A DNA stretch of 64,000 nt from a phage: the sequence record PQ724393.1, one strand, 5' to 3'. The translations under genes were made by a program, and so were the position numbers. A model generated the notes under the pieces. That model was given only the letters and a program-made list of their open reading frames with translations, was not told the DNA's origin and made no database searches. Shown in pieces: positions 36,045-45,692 of this stretch. Each line of letters starts with the position of its first letter. The first letter of the stretch is position 1.

Positions 36045-36275
36045 TTAATCCTTTGGAGTCAATTCGATAGTGAAGTAGAAATTAGCGTTCTCAACATGAT
36101 AACGATAATCTACGTTATTATCAGGAGAAGTGAATTCAATATTCCTGACGTTAAGTGGGTCAATATCAATAGGAAGGCCTTTAACATCCCGTAATATCAA
36201 TTTAATAAAATAAGGGAGTGCTTCGAAGTCTTCCATTCCATCTAAAAGTGGAGTGATATTAATCTGATGTTCCAT
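36045..36275 (-). CDS. hypothetical protein; start uncertain (ATG 36275 or GTG 36311)
   Basis: Track ORF 36045..36311 overlaps gp55 end. Confidence 0.45.
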   Translation of the reverse strand: MEHQINITPLLDGMEDFEALPYFIKLILRDVKGLPIDIDPLNVRNIEFTSPDNNVDYRYHVENANFYFTIELTPKD

Positions 36276-36816
36276 ATAAAAAATCCAGTTCGCCAACTTT
36301 AGGTTCGGCACTCTTATCAGACCCTGGTGCTTTAGTTAAAGAGGTTTCATACTGTGTCATTTTATCGTAGATATCTTGGATAAAGGTTTCATCTGCAATA
36401 CCTACCATATCGTCATCATTACTGTCATAGACATTATGGACGAAGTAGCTATATTTCTTTGCCATTTCTTTACGTTCTTTTTTGATACGCTGAACGAAGG
36501 CATTAAAACAAGCCATAGTGATATATGCATGTGGGTTGTCGTATTTTGTTTCGTCGAAGTTGTGAAGACCTTTAATCGAAGCTTCGATTCCATCAGCAAT
36601 CATTTCTTGCTTCCAGGATTGGGTATATCCGGAGAAGTTGAAACGCTTACTTAGTCCTTCAGCAATGAGCATAATAGCCAACCCTATAGTATCATTTTGT
36701 CTAATGATTTTATTAGGGTCGGTATTTTCTCTAAGCTCTGTTTTCCATTGGGTAATAGCTTTCAGAAGCTCCTTATTATTTACATAGTTATTTTTAGTCA
36801 GTTTAATTTCGGTCAT
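36259..36816 (-). CDS. 55: late-transcription sigma factor gp55
   Basis: 185 aa; [52 protein letters not shown] essentially matches recalled T4 gp55. Confidence 0.93.
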   Translation of the reverse strand: MTEIKLTKNNYVNNKELLKAITQWKTELRENTDPNKIIRQNDTIGLAIMLIAEGLSKRFNFSGYTQSWKQEMIADGIEASIKGLHNFDETKYDNPHAYITMACFNAFVQRIKKERKEMAKKYSYFVHNVYDSNDDDMVGIADETFIQDIYDKMTQYETSLTKAPGSDKSAEPKVGELDFLYGTSD

Positions 36817-36842
36817 TGTTACCTCAGATAACTCAAATCATA

Positions 36843-36884
36843 GGTCTATTATATCATAGTATTTGAAGACCCGTTTAAAGCATC
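36843..36884 (-). promoter_or_regulatory. putative promoter region upstream of gene 55
   Basis: Coding strand GATGCTTTA (MotA-box-like), 14 nt, TACTAT, then TGATATAAT. Confidence 0.3.
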
Positions 36885-37146
36885 AACGGAGTAAGCAATA
36901 AGCCTGAAATACTGTTTCAAGAATTTTTTTGAACTCTTCGAAGGAAGGGGCTCCTTCAAATCCTTGGCTTTGAATATAAAGGCAGAATTGTTGGTAAAGG
37001 ACTAAATATTCGGATTGGTTGTATTTGGAAATATGAGACTTCCACACTTCAGAAGTCTCTCCGCAAATAAACTCAACATTCATATAGTTATCTATTAAGA
37101 AAAATCCTAAGCCTTCATAAGCTAATGTTATGGATACAGGCGTCAT
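36883..37146 (-). CDS. hypothetical protein (87 aa)
   Basis: Track ORF. Confidence 0.5.
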   Translation of the reverse strand: MTPVSITLAYEGLGFFLIDNYMNVEFICGETSEVWKSHISKYNQSEYLVLYQQFCLYIQSQGFEGAPSFEEFKKILETVFQAYCLLR

Positions 37147-37409
37147 TGTAGGAATCTGGCTCCTTCTAGTGCATCATCAAGATTATCAAACTCATCAACG
37201 TAATCAATACCGCCGACCTCATCTTTAGCGTATAGCCAGTACTGTTTAAATTCATATTCAATAATAAAGTGGTCACCCTCAATCTGGAGAACCCCATCAC
37301 TATTAAATTGAACTGTATAACCGGTAAAGCGGACATCATTCAAGAGTTCTTCTTTCATAGCAATCATTTCCAAGTTTTTATCGTAATTAGAGAGTTTTAT
37401 TTTAATCAT
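37143..37409 (-). CDS. hypothetical protein (88 aa)
   Basis: Track ORF. Confidence 0.5.
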   Translation of the reverse strand: MIKIKLSNYDKNLEMIAMKEELLNDVRFTGYTVQFNSDGVLQIEGDHFIIEYEFKQYWLYAKDEVGGIDYVDEFDNLDDALEGARFLQ

Positions 37410-37650
37410 TTAAATAATCCTCAAATTCATTTAATGTCATGCCTTCGTCCCAAGCTATTTTAGGATCGGGCATTTTCATATAAGTGGTCTTAGAGCTTAT
37501 AGGAAATATCCTGAAATCGCGATGACTTCCACTTAACATATTAGCCGCTTTTATAATAGTTTCACTATTATTCATCATAGGGGTACGTTGGAAACCGGCT
37601 AAAGCTTTAAGGACTATTATAACCGATACATCTTCAGGCAAATTACTCAT
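37402..37650 (-). CDS. hypothetical protein (82 aa)
   Basis: Track ORF. Confidence 0.5.
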   Translation of the reverse strand: MSNLPEDVSVIIVLKALAGFQRTPMMNNSETIIKAANMLSGSHRDFRIFPISSKTTYMKMPDPKIAWDEGMTLNEFEDYLND

Positions 37651-37976
37651 TTCGCAGCCTTAACAATTTTCAGGTCAACGAATTTTTTCTTACGTTGATT
37701 CTTCATACGACGGATGGTTTTGTCTGTGATTTCACCTGGCTGCCAAGCTTTAGATTCAACACCAAAGGCGGCCACATCAAACTCGTCGAGAATATATTGA
37801 ACCAGGATTTCACGAATACCGTTCTTACCAATTTTTTGGTCTTTAGAGTGCATGATTGGTAACAGTTCAGCAACCCATCGGTCAAGAACCTGAGGAGTTA
37901 CAAAGCCGGTTTTCATCAGTTCGTTAACTTTATCGAAAGCGAAAGAGTTCAGTACGTTTTTAATAGCTTGTGACAT
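37647..37976 (-). CDS. hypothetical protein (109 aa)
   Basis: Track ORF. Confidence 0.5.
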   Translation of the reverse strand: MSQAIKNVLNSFAFDKVNELMKTGFVTPQVLDRWVAELLPIMHSKDQKIGKNGIREILVQYILDEFDVAAFGVESKAWQPGEITDKTIRRMKNQRKKKFVDLKIVKAAK

Positions 37977-38044
37977 AATAATTTCCTCAGTTTAAAATTT
38001 ATAATCCATGGGACCATTATACTCTGGTCCCAAGAGTTTGTAAA

Positions 38045-38293
38045 CTATTTTTGTGCTAATGCACCTTTCCAACCTTCGTACATCGCCGCAGCCGATATTA
38101 ATATTGCTCCTGCGCATTTTGAATATTTGTTATTCCAAAACCAGTTTAGAAAAACTTCGTCATCAATACCTTGGGCTATCATATTTTCAAAGAATTGACG
38201 ACGAGCTTCAGCAACACGTTGTGATAATTTAGATTCAGGATTCATTTTAAATTTTCCAGTTACCGTTTTCATCAATAAATTTAATCCAGTCAT
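38045..38293 (-). CDS. hypothetical protein; start uncertain
   Basis: Track ORF; alternative ATG at 38245 lies just after upstream stop. Confidence 0.45.
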   Translation of the reverse strand: MTGLNLLMKTVTGKFKMNPESKLSQRVAEARRQFFENMIAQGIDDEVFLNWFWNNKYSKCAGAILISAAAMYEGWKGALAQK

Positions 38294-38378
38294 TTACTGA
38301 CCACGTGGTTGTATCGCCCTTTGGACTGACATTTAAAGTATACAACCCTTGCTTAAAAAGCATTCGTTTGATATTCAT
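38247..38378 (-). CDS. hypothetical small protein (43 aa)
   Basis: In-frame ATG 38378 with SD GAGGAAAA; longer track form overlaps neighbours. Confidence 0.35.
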   Translation of the reverse strand: MNIKRMLFKQGLYTLNVSPKGDTTTWSVNDWIKFIDENGNWKI

Positions 38379-38385
38379 ATTTTCC

Positions 38386-38679
38386 TCAGCTGTAACGATA
38401 ACATTCGTTTGATTTACGTTTTGCAACTTGATGAGAAGTATTGTAATCAGGTTCATCGTCGTTGTAAACATCTTTTTTCAGCTTTCTCACTTCTTTACGA
38501 AGTTGGCGATTCATTTCATTCTTAACTTCAGAATCAACACCACGCATACGTTTCCACTTGTCAGAACGGAAGATATTTTCCTCAACCAGTTCCTGACTTA
38601 CACCGTCGGGCGCTTTACGGCGTCCGGAATAATAAAAATCTTTTACAGACAATTCTTTACGGCGAATAGTTTTACCCAT
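38386..38679 (-). CDS. hypothetical basic protein (97 aa)
   Basis: Track ORF. Confidence 0.5.
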   Translation of the reverse strand: MGKTIRRKELSVKDFYYSGRRKAPDGVSQELVEENIFRSDKWKRMRGVDSEVKNEMNRQLRKEVRKLKKDVYNDDEPDYNTSHQVAKRKSNECYRYS

Positions 38680-38681
38680 AG

Positions 38682-38936
38682 TTACCTCAGCAGTTTGTAT
38701 CCAATAAGATGTTTAATGTATTGGACATCTTTGACATCCAAATCTAACTTAATATCTTTCAGGCGTTCGGCCAGAGTAAGAAATGTTACGCGTTTCCAAT
38801 TCTTAACAGGGCAACAATAAGTTTTCGGCCCGTTAGCGATTTCAATATTTTTATCTGTGACGGTGATAAAAATCAAACGTTCATCATCGAGATTAAGGGT
38901 GACGACACTTTTGGTTGAATGTAGTTTCAGGCTCAT
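38682..38936 (-). CDS. hypothetical protein (84 aa)
   Basis: Track ORF. Confidence 0.5.
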   Translation of the reverse strand: MSLKLHSTKSVVTLNLDDERLIFITVTDKNIEIANGPKTYCCPVKNWKRVTFLTLAERLKDIKLDLDVKDVQYIKHLIGYKLLR

Positions 38937-39115
38937 AATTTAATTTCCTTAGCTATCGAACAAAACAAACTACGGTCACATACCATCAATGGAATATTTC
39001 TATGGTCTAGTACACGATACCATACGTCTGAATCGCTAGCAGCAATTACACGAACCGCACGCCCATTTACCAAATAATACTGGTCGGCTTTAATTTCTTT
39101 ATCTTGGATAGTCAT
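38933..39115 (-). CDS. hypothetical protein (60 aa)
   Basis: Track ORF; conserved early promoter and SD GAGGAGA upstream. Confidence 0.5.
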   Translation of the reverse strand: MTIQDKEIKADQYYLVNGRAVRVIAASDSDVWYRVLDHRNIPLMVCDRSLFCSIAKEIKL

Positions 39116-39144
39116 AATGTTCTCCTCATGTGTTGATAGGATAG

Positions 39145-39173
39145 ACTATAACACGTGAGGAGAGGAAGTAAAC
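39145..39173 (-). promoter_or_regulatory. conserved early promoter
   Basis: GTTTAC-17-TATAGT; flanking arms CCTCACGTG/CACATGAGG. Confidence 0.55.
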
Positions 39174-39174
39174 A

Positions 39175-39492
39175 CTAATCTTCAATTAAATCTCGGTCAT
39201 AACCAAGTTCAATCAAAAGTGATTTGAAGGTAGGAATATTTTCTATTTTCTTATTATCGACAAATATGACAGGATAGCGTATCGCCAAGCTCTTGAAGCC
39301 TGCACGTTTGGCCAATGATACTATAAGAGGCTTGTCATATACTGCGCCTGACGGCGTCTGGTTAATCACAGGATAGAAAGTATGTGGGATAGAAAGGGAA
39401 TTTAGGAGCGATAGAACAGCAATGCACCCTGGACAGCGCATGACTGTCTCAGGGATACCATAAATCTCAATTTTAGTTAACTTTTGGTCCAC
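39175..39492 (-). CDS. thioredoxin-fold redoxin (CPGC motif), NrdH-like by position
   Basis: 105 aa; RCPGCIA CxxC motif near N-terminus. Confidence 0.5.
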   Translation of the reverse strand: MDQKLTKIEIYGIPETVMRCPGCIAVLSLLNSLSIPHTFYPVINQTPSGAVYDKPLIVSLAKRAGFKSLAIRYPVIFVDNKKIENIPTFKSLLIELGYDRDLIED

Positions 39493-39769
39493 AGGAAATA
39501 ACTCCTTGGTAGTCCCAAGTTTTTAGAACTTCGTCTTCATTAGTTCCGTATGGGACGTAAATCTGGATAAGGAACCCAGTATCATCAAAAGAGAAGTAGA
39601 CGGTAGGTTTAATACCGTGAATCTCTGACAGGGCATAGATGTCCTTGAGGTCGTCTTCCTTACCTTTAAAGAATTCAGGGTTCAGGTCACAGTCATGGAA
39701 GTACCAATCATCACCAAACTTGTCCCATGTGGTCCAATTCAAAGCTACATATTCTTCAAAACGTTTCAT
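39473..39769 (-). CDS. hypothetical protein (98 aa)
   Basis: Track ORF. Confidence 0.5.
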   Translation of the reverse strand: MKRFEEYVALNWTTWDKFGDDWYFHDCDLNPEFFKGKEDDLKDIYALSEIHGIKPTVYFSFDDTGFLIQIYVPYGTNEDEVLKTWDYQGVISCGPKVN

Positions 39770-39981
39770 TCTTTCACCTTCATCATTTTTGCTATAACAC
39801 TATGAACAGCCTGGATTCGTTTGTTGAACTCAGACCCTTCAAGACCTTTTTCAGTACTCAGCGCACCAATAATAACGAACAGCAATCCAAATGGGATGGC
39901 CAGGATTAAAAGGCACACGATAAACAGAACTAATGTAATATTGGCCAGGATATCAGAAACAGCATTACGAAATTTATTCAT
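39766..39981 (-). CDS. small membrane protein
   Basis: Hydrophobic core; start taken at in-frame ATG 39981 (alternative 39993). Confidence 0.45.
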   Translation of the reverse strand: MNKFRNAVSDILANITLVLFIVCLLILAIPFGLLFVIIGALSTEKGLEGSEFNKRIQAVHSVIAKMMKVKE

Positions 39982-40102
39982 TAAAGAACCCACATATTAG
40001 TTACAACAAATAACCATTGAGCAGGATACTCAACACCCATAATACGCACTGCATCGTTCAGAGATTCAGCTAGAGCATAGAATGTGTAGCCATAAAAATT
40101 AA

Positions 40103-40576
40103 TCATTTAAGCGATTTCCTCAGTTGTTTTTTAAATGAATCGACCATTTGTTTCTTTGTGTCAGATTCATTATAAGTCATTCCATGTGAAAGCATTTCAG
40201 CAATCATTTCTTCCTTACCTAATCTACTGAACTCTTTGGTTTTATCAGTTACAAAAGTAGGGTGAATAGGATTCTTGGAGCAATCATTCTCGAGGTACGC
40301 AACTAGATTTTTAAGACACTCGAGGTAGTCGTTGCCACGACCTTTAAGACCAGAGCGTACAAATTGGTGTCTGCTGCGTCCTTCCCAGGCGTTACAAAGA
40401 TTACAGAGCAACCCACGAACTCGTCCGGCTTGTAGCCCTTCTAAATCATGAGAGTGGTCTAAGTGGTTACTTTGAACATCCGTATTTAGATGTTGTTTAC
40501 ATACTAAACACAAGCCCTGTTGGTCTTTGTACATCTGTTCTTTTTGTTCTTTATAAAGCTTGCCAGTCAACAACAT
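40103..40576 (-). CDS. 49: endonuclease VII (Holliday junction resolvase) gp49
   Basis: 157 aa; MLLTGKLYKE...HLDHSHDL...RGLLCNLCNA...NESDTKKQ...FKKQLRKSLK matches recalled T4 endo VII. Confidence 0.92.
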   Translation of the reverse strand: MLLTGKLYKEQKEQMYKDQQGLCLVCKQHLNTDVQSNHLDHSHDLEGLQAGRVRGLLCNLCNAWEGRSRHQFVRSGLKGRGNDYLECLKNLVAYLENDCSKNPIHPTFVTDKTKEFSRLGKEEMIAEMLSHGMTYNESDTKKQMVDSFKKQLRKSLK

Positions 40577-40611
40577 AATAAACCCTTACCATTATTAGAT
40601 AAGGGTATTTA

Positions 40612-40845
40612 TTATTTTTCGAATGTACTATAAAACGAGCGATGTAATCGTTTAAATTGACGCATCATCTTTTTGGTAGGTCGAGTGGACAATCCTACAC
40701 ATGTAGCCATAAACTGGTCAACAGGACTTCCTTTGATAAGAAGTTTCCAGACCTTTGCGCCATTTAATTTTTCAGTATAAATCAGTTCAGTTTTCATAGT
40801 AAAACCCAAACTCCATATCGATGAAATCATTGTTTGAAGGTTCAT
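40612..40845 (-). CDS. small basic protein, PTKRQ-motif family; start uncertain
   Basis: C-terminal STRPTKKMMRQFKRLHRSF. Confidence 0.45.
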   Translation of the reverse strand: MNLQTMISSIWSLGFTMKTELIYTEKLNGAKVWKLLIKGSPVDQFMATCVGLSTRPTKKMMRQFKRLHRSFYSTFEK

Positions 40846-40919
40846 TATACTCTATTTCGGAATCGTTGTAAACAGGTTCCTCTGGCTCGGTAGTTTTCCA
40901 CCGAGCGACATACCATGGC

Positions 40920-41228
40920 TTAACGGTCACACCACCAACTACTTACTTCAAAATCGGGTTCACCGTGTTCCCAGTACCAAGGGCCGATTGGATGCCAATC
41001 GCCATGTTCATCTTCTTCAAATTCTTCAGATTCTAGCCCAACATATTGCCATTGGACTTCATAAGCAGTGCCACCGATTACAACAGTATTCTCGCCATAT
41101 GGGTTAGCCACAACAAAATCAATACCTTCTGCTTTAGCCAACCAAACCATATATTCGTATAGTTTATATTCTAGGTCGTCTTCAGTACCATCGCCTAGAA
41201 AAATGGTTTGTTCATTTAATCCAATCAT
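40920..41228 (-). CDS. hypothetical acidic, Trp-rich protein (102 aa)
   Basis: Track ORF. Confidence 0.5.
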   Translation of the reverse strand: MIGLNEQTIFLGDGTEDDLEYKLYEYMVWLAKAEGIDFVVANPYGENTVVIGGTAYEVQWQYVGLESEEFEEDEHGDWHPIGPWYWEHGEPDFEVSSWWCDR

Positions 41229-41386
41229 TTAAAGTTCCAGAATGAAGCCCCAACCAGAAATAAAGGCCAACAAATCATAGACGTCAGCCACCAACAAAAG
41301 TCACCGGAATCATCTAATTTAGCTAGAGTCTTAGCATAACCAATACCGATGATAAGATACAAAACGACCAACGATAATTCAATCAT
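41225..41386 (-). CDS. small membrane protein (53 aa)
   Basis: Not in track; ATGA overlaps with both neighbours; own translation MIELSLVVLYLIIGIGYAKTLAKLDD... Confidence 0.4.
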   Translation of the reverse strand: MIELSLVVLYLIIGIGYAKTLAKLDDSGDFCWWLTSMICWPLFLVGASFWNFK

Positions 41387-41646
41387 TTGAAGTATGCTCG
41401 CAGTTGGTCAAAGCCGCCAATAGAAGTTCCGTCCGGAGCAAATACCTGAGGCATAGTCAAACCTACCTGAGATTCACGTCCAAGAGCGGCCAGGAGTTCA
41501 GCAATCTTCTCATCATCAAATACACCTTTTTCAGGCATAACATTGATGAATTCATACGGTTGTTTTTTAACGTCAAGTAGACGTTTTGCATTATCACAGA
41601 AAACACAACGATGAATAGATGAATCATAACCATAAACTTTAAACAT
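41383..41646 (-). CDS. nrdC: thioredoxin NrdC
   Basis: 87 aa; MFKVYGYDSSIHRCVFCDNAKRLL...GLTMPQVFAPDG...FDQLRAYFK near-identical to recalled T4 NrdC. Confidence 0.88.
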   Translation of the reverse strand: MFKVYGYDSSIHRCVFCDNAKRLLDVKKQPYEFINVMPEKGVFDDEKIAELLAALGRESQVGLTMPQVFAPDGTSIGGFDQLRAYFK

Positions 41647-41647
41647 T

Positions 41648-41899
41648 TTAAATTCCTAATACTTGTTTGAATGCTTCAGAACGGTCAAGTTCTGTTCCAT
41701 ATTTTTCGAGATGTTCGTATTTTAAATCATACACATCAGATAGTATATTATTATACGAACGAGTTAAAGCAGATTTCAATACTGAATAACTGTCCGGAAA
41801 TTTACCATGCTCTTTATAATAAGCTAGAGTAAGTTCACGAACCGCCTTATCGGCGGCCTCTACATATTCTTTACGCTTTGCCATTTTCGTCTCGCTCAA
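41648..41899 (-). CDS. hypothetical protein (83 aa)
   Basis: Track ORF. Confidence 0.5.
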   Translation of the reverse strand: MSETKMAKRKEYVEAADKAVRELTLAYYKEHGKFPDSYSVLKSALTRSYNNILSDVYDLKYEHLEKYGTELDRSEAFKQVLGI

Positions 41900-42092
41900 A
41901 TTTGTGCTTACAATGACGGCATTTATACTGAAGAGGGTTATGACGCCAATAAGTCAATTGGACCTGTTCAGTTCCACACATAGGACAGTTCGGAACGTTC
42001 TTAGAAGCTTTTTCACGACGTTCGACAATTTTAATAATGGCATTCCAATCAGGAATACTTTGGTCAATATCGTCAGCTAATTGGTATTTCAT
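41871..42092 (-). CDS. zinc-ribbon protein (73 aa)
   Basis: CPMCG...CRHCKHKF four-Cys motif. Confidence 0.5.
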   Translation of the reverse strand: MKYQLADDIDQSIPDWNAIIKIVERREKASKNVPNCPMCGTEQVQLTYWRHNPLQYKCRHCKHKFERDENGKA

Positions 42093-43099
42093 TTCAACAG
42101 CTCCAGAGCTTGTTCAAGACGGTCTAAACGATTGGTAGACTCTTCCCAAAGTTTCTTGGCAGCGGTATATTGCCCGGTCAGTTTTTTGTTAATAGCCAGG
42201 GCATCTTTATATGCTTTTTCTAAGGCAACGACTTCCGGTAACTTGGATTTAGTAATTGGTGTAGGGGCCATGATAGGGCTGTTCAAGTCGTTAATCAAGT
42301 CTTCTAATGTAGCAGGCTCTTTATCAGTATTCACAATTTCCTCACATTTTTCTTGGTAAATTTCAGCGTCAGTTTTTGGAACAGGGCATTTGATTTCGCG
42401 AACTGTTACTAAGACTTCATATCCTTTCCAGCCTAAGTGGTGTTTAACTTCTTGGGTCTCATATTTCTCTACGGTATCCATCAGAGCTAAAGCTTGTTCG
42501 ATAGTATTCAAGGTATCGTAAGCAATATCTTGATACTTTACAACTTCCGCATCATCTTTAGGTTTCCTATTAGGTGACCAAATAACAGAAATAATAGCTT
42601 TTCCTTTATAACTATTTGTTTTAATCATGCAATTAGCCATCGGGTGAATAGTACGACAATCACCGGAAACTATAGTTTTAGAGGCCGCTTTGAGAATTAA
42701 TGCAGAGTTAGCCTTGAATTCGGTAACCCAACGTTGCGGAAATAAACTACTAGGGTCCATACCTTTAATTTTGATATAACCTTTTATGGTATCACCAAAC
42801 CATTTGTAGCTAACAACACGGTTGGAACCTGGATGTTTCTCTTTGCCAAACTCTGAAAGGATGTCCTTATTGACCAGTCGCGAAAGCAGTCGAGAACCTT
42901 TAAATGTTTTAATGATATCATGAATGCACAAACGGCCTGCAATCTTTTCGATTTCAGATTTAAAATACAGTGACAAATCTTCATCAATTTGGTCTACCCA
43001 TTTATTGATATTGGAAACTATCACCTCATACGGGGTTAATGGCGGTGTATTAGCAGTGATATACGTAGTAAAAGCATTGATGTATTCGGTACGGGTCAT
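42089..43099 (-). CDS. hypothetical protein (336 aa)
   Basis: Start reset to ATG 43099; GTTTAC-18-TATAAT promoter just upstream. Confidence 0.55.
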   Translation of the reverse strand: MTRTEYINAFTTYITANTPPLTPYEVIVSNINKWVDQIDEDLSLYFKSEIEKIAGRLCIHDIIKTFKGSRLLSRLVNKDILSEFGKEKHPGSNRVVSYKWFGDTIKGYIKIKGMDPSSLFPQRWVTEFKANSALILKAASKTIVSGDCRTIHPMANCMIKTNSYKGKAIISVIWSPNRKPKDDAEVVKYQDIAYDTLNTIEQALALMDTVEKYETQEVKHHLGWKGYEVLVTVREIKCPVPKTDAEIYQEKCEEIVNTDKEPATLEDLINDLNSPIMAPTPITKSKLPEVVALEKAYKDALAINKKLTGQYTAAKKLWEESTNRLDRLEQALELLK

Positions 43100-43127
43100 G
43101 ATATTCTCCTCAGTAGTTGATAAAAGG

Positions 43128-43157
43128 ATTATACTCCATCCGTCCTTGGATGTAAAC
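43128..43157 (-). promoter_or_regulatory. early promoter (GTTTAC-18-TATAAT)
   Basis: Upstream of ORF 42089..43099. Confidence 0.55.
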
Positions 43158-43158
43158 A

Positions 43159-44052
43159 TTATTTTAGAGCTAATAGTGCCGCGCGAAGCTTGTCACGTTG
43201 GGCTTCCATATTCTTGATGCTATTCAGAACGTCTTGAATACTCTTTTTCTCATCTTCAATCTGACCATTTAAACGGTGGATTGATTCCTGAATGCTATCT
43301 GCATAATAGGTCTCAATAGGTTTCATCGTAGGGTTAGTAACCACCAAAGAATTCTCGGGTTTAATTTTCCAATGATACGGTTCAGAATTGAATGGGCCTG
43401 GCACAGCGGTGGTTTTGAATTTGTCATAAGTAGCATACTGACCTACAGGCCCATATGACGCAGTGGAGATTCGACGTTCCATTTGTGGTTCCTTTTGTTG
43501 TGGTTGATAAGGGGCATAAGACAAAAGATATTCACGAGTTAGTTTAACATTAAAATACACTGCATCAGCCCGTCCAGAACAATCAGCATATTCATCTGTT
43601 GTAACCTTATATGATTCTACAGCCTTAATACGAGTCATTGCCTCTCTGAATAAGGTTTCGAATGCTTCACGAATGGCCTTATTGCCTTTTGAGGTAGGAC
43701 GGAAACGAACTTGAATACCGTCAGGCAGAATATTAATGACTAGGTTACGAGCCGTAAAATTAATATTCTTGATATTAACAGGAACCGTAGAAATACGTCC
43801 TGCAGTAGCCAAGAGGTCTTTGATATTAGCTCGTAATGTTGCACCGAACAGGTGGGCCGGGCAACGGCAATAATCGTTCAAAGAACTAATATAAGTCCCT
43901 TTACGTCCTACACCATAAGTATAATTACCATTACAAATATGACCAAAGTCTGCTAACCGGTCAATAGCGATACGACGAGTAGTGTCATGGTCGTATATAG
44001 AGTATTCTTTACGTGTTTTAATGTTCATATTAAAGTCCAAATAATTTTTCAT
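43159..44052 (-). CDS. hypothetical protein (297 aa)
   Basis: Track ORF; C-terminal coiled-coil-like region. Confidence 0.55.
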   Translation of the reverse strand: MKNYLDFNMNIKTRKEYSIYDHDTTRRIAIDRLADFGHICNGNYTYGVGRKGTYISSLNDYCRCPAHLFGATLRANIKDLLATAGRISTVPVNIKNINFTARNLVINILPDGIQVRFRPTSKGNKAIREAFETLFREAMTRIKAVESYKVTTDEYADCSGRADAVYFNVKLTREYLLSYAPYQPQQKEPQMERRISTASYGPVGQYATYDKFKTTAVPGPFNSEPYHWKIKPENSLVVTNPTMKPIETYYADSIQESIHRLNGQIEDEKKSIQDVLNSIKNMEAQRDKLRAALLALK

Positions 44053-44230
44053 AGAGTTTAGCTAAAGGCCAAGTCACAATAGAAACTATTCCAAATAAAG
44101 CAAGCACTGGCCAAATAAAGGTAGCGAATACTGCTTCGCCACCTGAGCTAATTTCCATATGTTTGCGGCCAATCAGAACAGTAATGAATCCTAATGCAAG
44201 GTACAGAAGAATAAAACCTGCGATTTCCAT
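44030..44230 (-). CDS. small membrane protein (66 aa)
   Basis: Two hydrophobic segments. Confidence 0.45.
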   Translation of the reverse strand: MEIAGFILLYLALGFITVLIGRKHMEISSGGEAVFATFIWPVLALFGIVSIVTWPLAKLYEKLFGL

Positions 44231-44232
44231 AA

Positions 44233-45078
44233 TTAATCCTTAAGAAGATTTAGGATATCGATATATTTCTGGCGTTCAGCCTTAGCTTTGGCATTCAGAC
44301 CAGAGAGTCGGAAAATCTCATCATCTTGTTGTTGAATTGTAACATTCAAGCAAGTAAGCAAATTGCTAAAATACTCGATTTGAGCTTGGTGTTTCTCATT
44401 GCTGCGCACCGGTACAGGTTCCGGTTTAGGAGCTTGTTCTGAAGGCTCTTCAGCCAGGTCTTTAATTTTATAAAGTTTAATACGCTGACCCACTCCAGTT
44501 TCGGCATCACCGAAACTAAGAACACCGTGCTGTTCTAATTCAGACAAGGCCAATCGGAGATGGAACTTCCAGTTGTCGTATTGACACCCACTGTAATGGG
44601 AAATAGTATACTCATTTTCATTTCTGGGGTGGTTAACAATACTAAAGATAATCCAATCACCTGAACCATTAGTCTTAAAGGTCATTTGTTTATCTTGACC
44701 TTTTGCAAGTCGAGCACCAAGAGCCAGTAGACGTCGTTGGTTGGCATGAAGGTCTTGAACAACTTCGTCAAATGACATCGCCGGGATTAAACGACCATAG
44801 AGGTCGTAGCCTTTGTTATAATTTTTAAGAATAATTTTGGCATTAGCACGAGACAACATACCTGTTTTACGAAGAGTTTTCATGACTCGGTCTTCTAACG
44901 TAAACGAACCTTTAGTCTTGTCAAAGATTTTAGTGAAGTCATCTTTAACAGTACAAACGTTGAACTTGTCCCACATCATATATAGAACCTTTTCAACTAC
45001 TTCTTTAGAACTCGGAATACGACCAAATTTAACAACTTTTTTAACTTCAGAACGAATTTGATTAATTGCCTGTGACAT
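44233..45078 (-). CDS. hypothetical protein (281 aa)
   Basis: Track ORF. Confidence 0.55.
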   Translation of the reverse strand: MSQAINQIRSEVKKVVKFGRIPSSKEVVEKVLYMMWDKFNVCTVKDDFTKIFDKTKGSFTLEDRVMKTLRKTGMLSRANAKIILKNYNKGYDLYGRLIPAMSFDEVVQDLHANQRRLLALGARLAKGQDKQMTFKTNGSGDWIIFSIVNHPRNENEYTISHYSGCQYDNWKFHLRLALSELEQHGVLSFGDAETGVGQRIKLYKIKDLAEEPSEQAPKPEPVPVRSNEKHQAQIEYFSNLLTCLNVTIQQQDDEIFRLSGLNAKAKAERQKYIDILNLLKD

Positions 45079-45141
45079 AATAATTTCCTCAGTAAGTAAT
45101 TAAGAACCTAGAACCATTATACCATCCTTGGTATAAAGCGT

Positions 45142-45666
45142 TTATGCGAGAACCGTCTTTAAACGCTCTTCAAATTTCTGAAGCAGAGCTTGGCGTTCAG
45201 CTCGTTGTGATTTGTACTGCTCGATACGACCTGAAGTGAGGGCGTACTGTTCGTTTACTGATTCCCGCATGAATTCAGGAATCTCTTTACAAGCTTTGAT
45301 TTCGTCAAACTTATCAATAACAGCTTGTTGTTCAGCAATCAGATTATCGAAATAAGCGATATCAGATTTAACGTTTGCCAGGTCGGATTCAGTAGGCATT
45401 AAACGTTTGTTACGTTCAGCTTGATAAGCTTGATTGGTTTCACGACTCCAGTGAAGAGTACGTTTTTTGTTAGTGTTTTTATAGAGCTCTACAATACCAA
45501 CTGAATCGATGACTGCAATCCAGTTCCAACGGCTTTTGTAAATCTCTCCTCCAGATACGGTAATCTCATTACCACAAGCAACATCGTTAAAGAACTTGCT
45601 TTGTTTTTCAGATTTGAAATTACCGTTGTTGAAATTAATCAGTGAAAAAATATCTTTAGCGTTCAT
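45142..45666 (-). CDS. hypothetical protein (174 aa)
   Basis: Conserved early promoter and SD upstream. Confidence 0.55.
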   Translation of the reverse strand: MNAKDIFSLINFNNGNFKSEKQSKFFNDVACGNEITVSGGEIYKSRWNWIAVIDSVGIVELYKNTNKKRTLHWSRETNQAYQAERNKRLMPTESDLANVKSDIAYFDNLIAEQQAVIDKFDEIKACKEIPEFMRESVNEQYALTSGRIEQYKSQRAERQALLQKFEERLKTVLA

Positions 45667-45692
45667 GATAACCTCCAGTAGTTGATAGGTCT

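Noticed and set aside
39987-40106. Possible 39-aa ORF starting at the gp49 stop (ATGA overlap)
   Set aside because: No SD, very short, and overlaps the start of the next gene; insufficient support.
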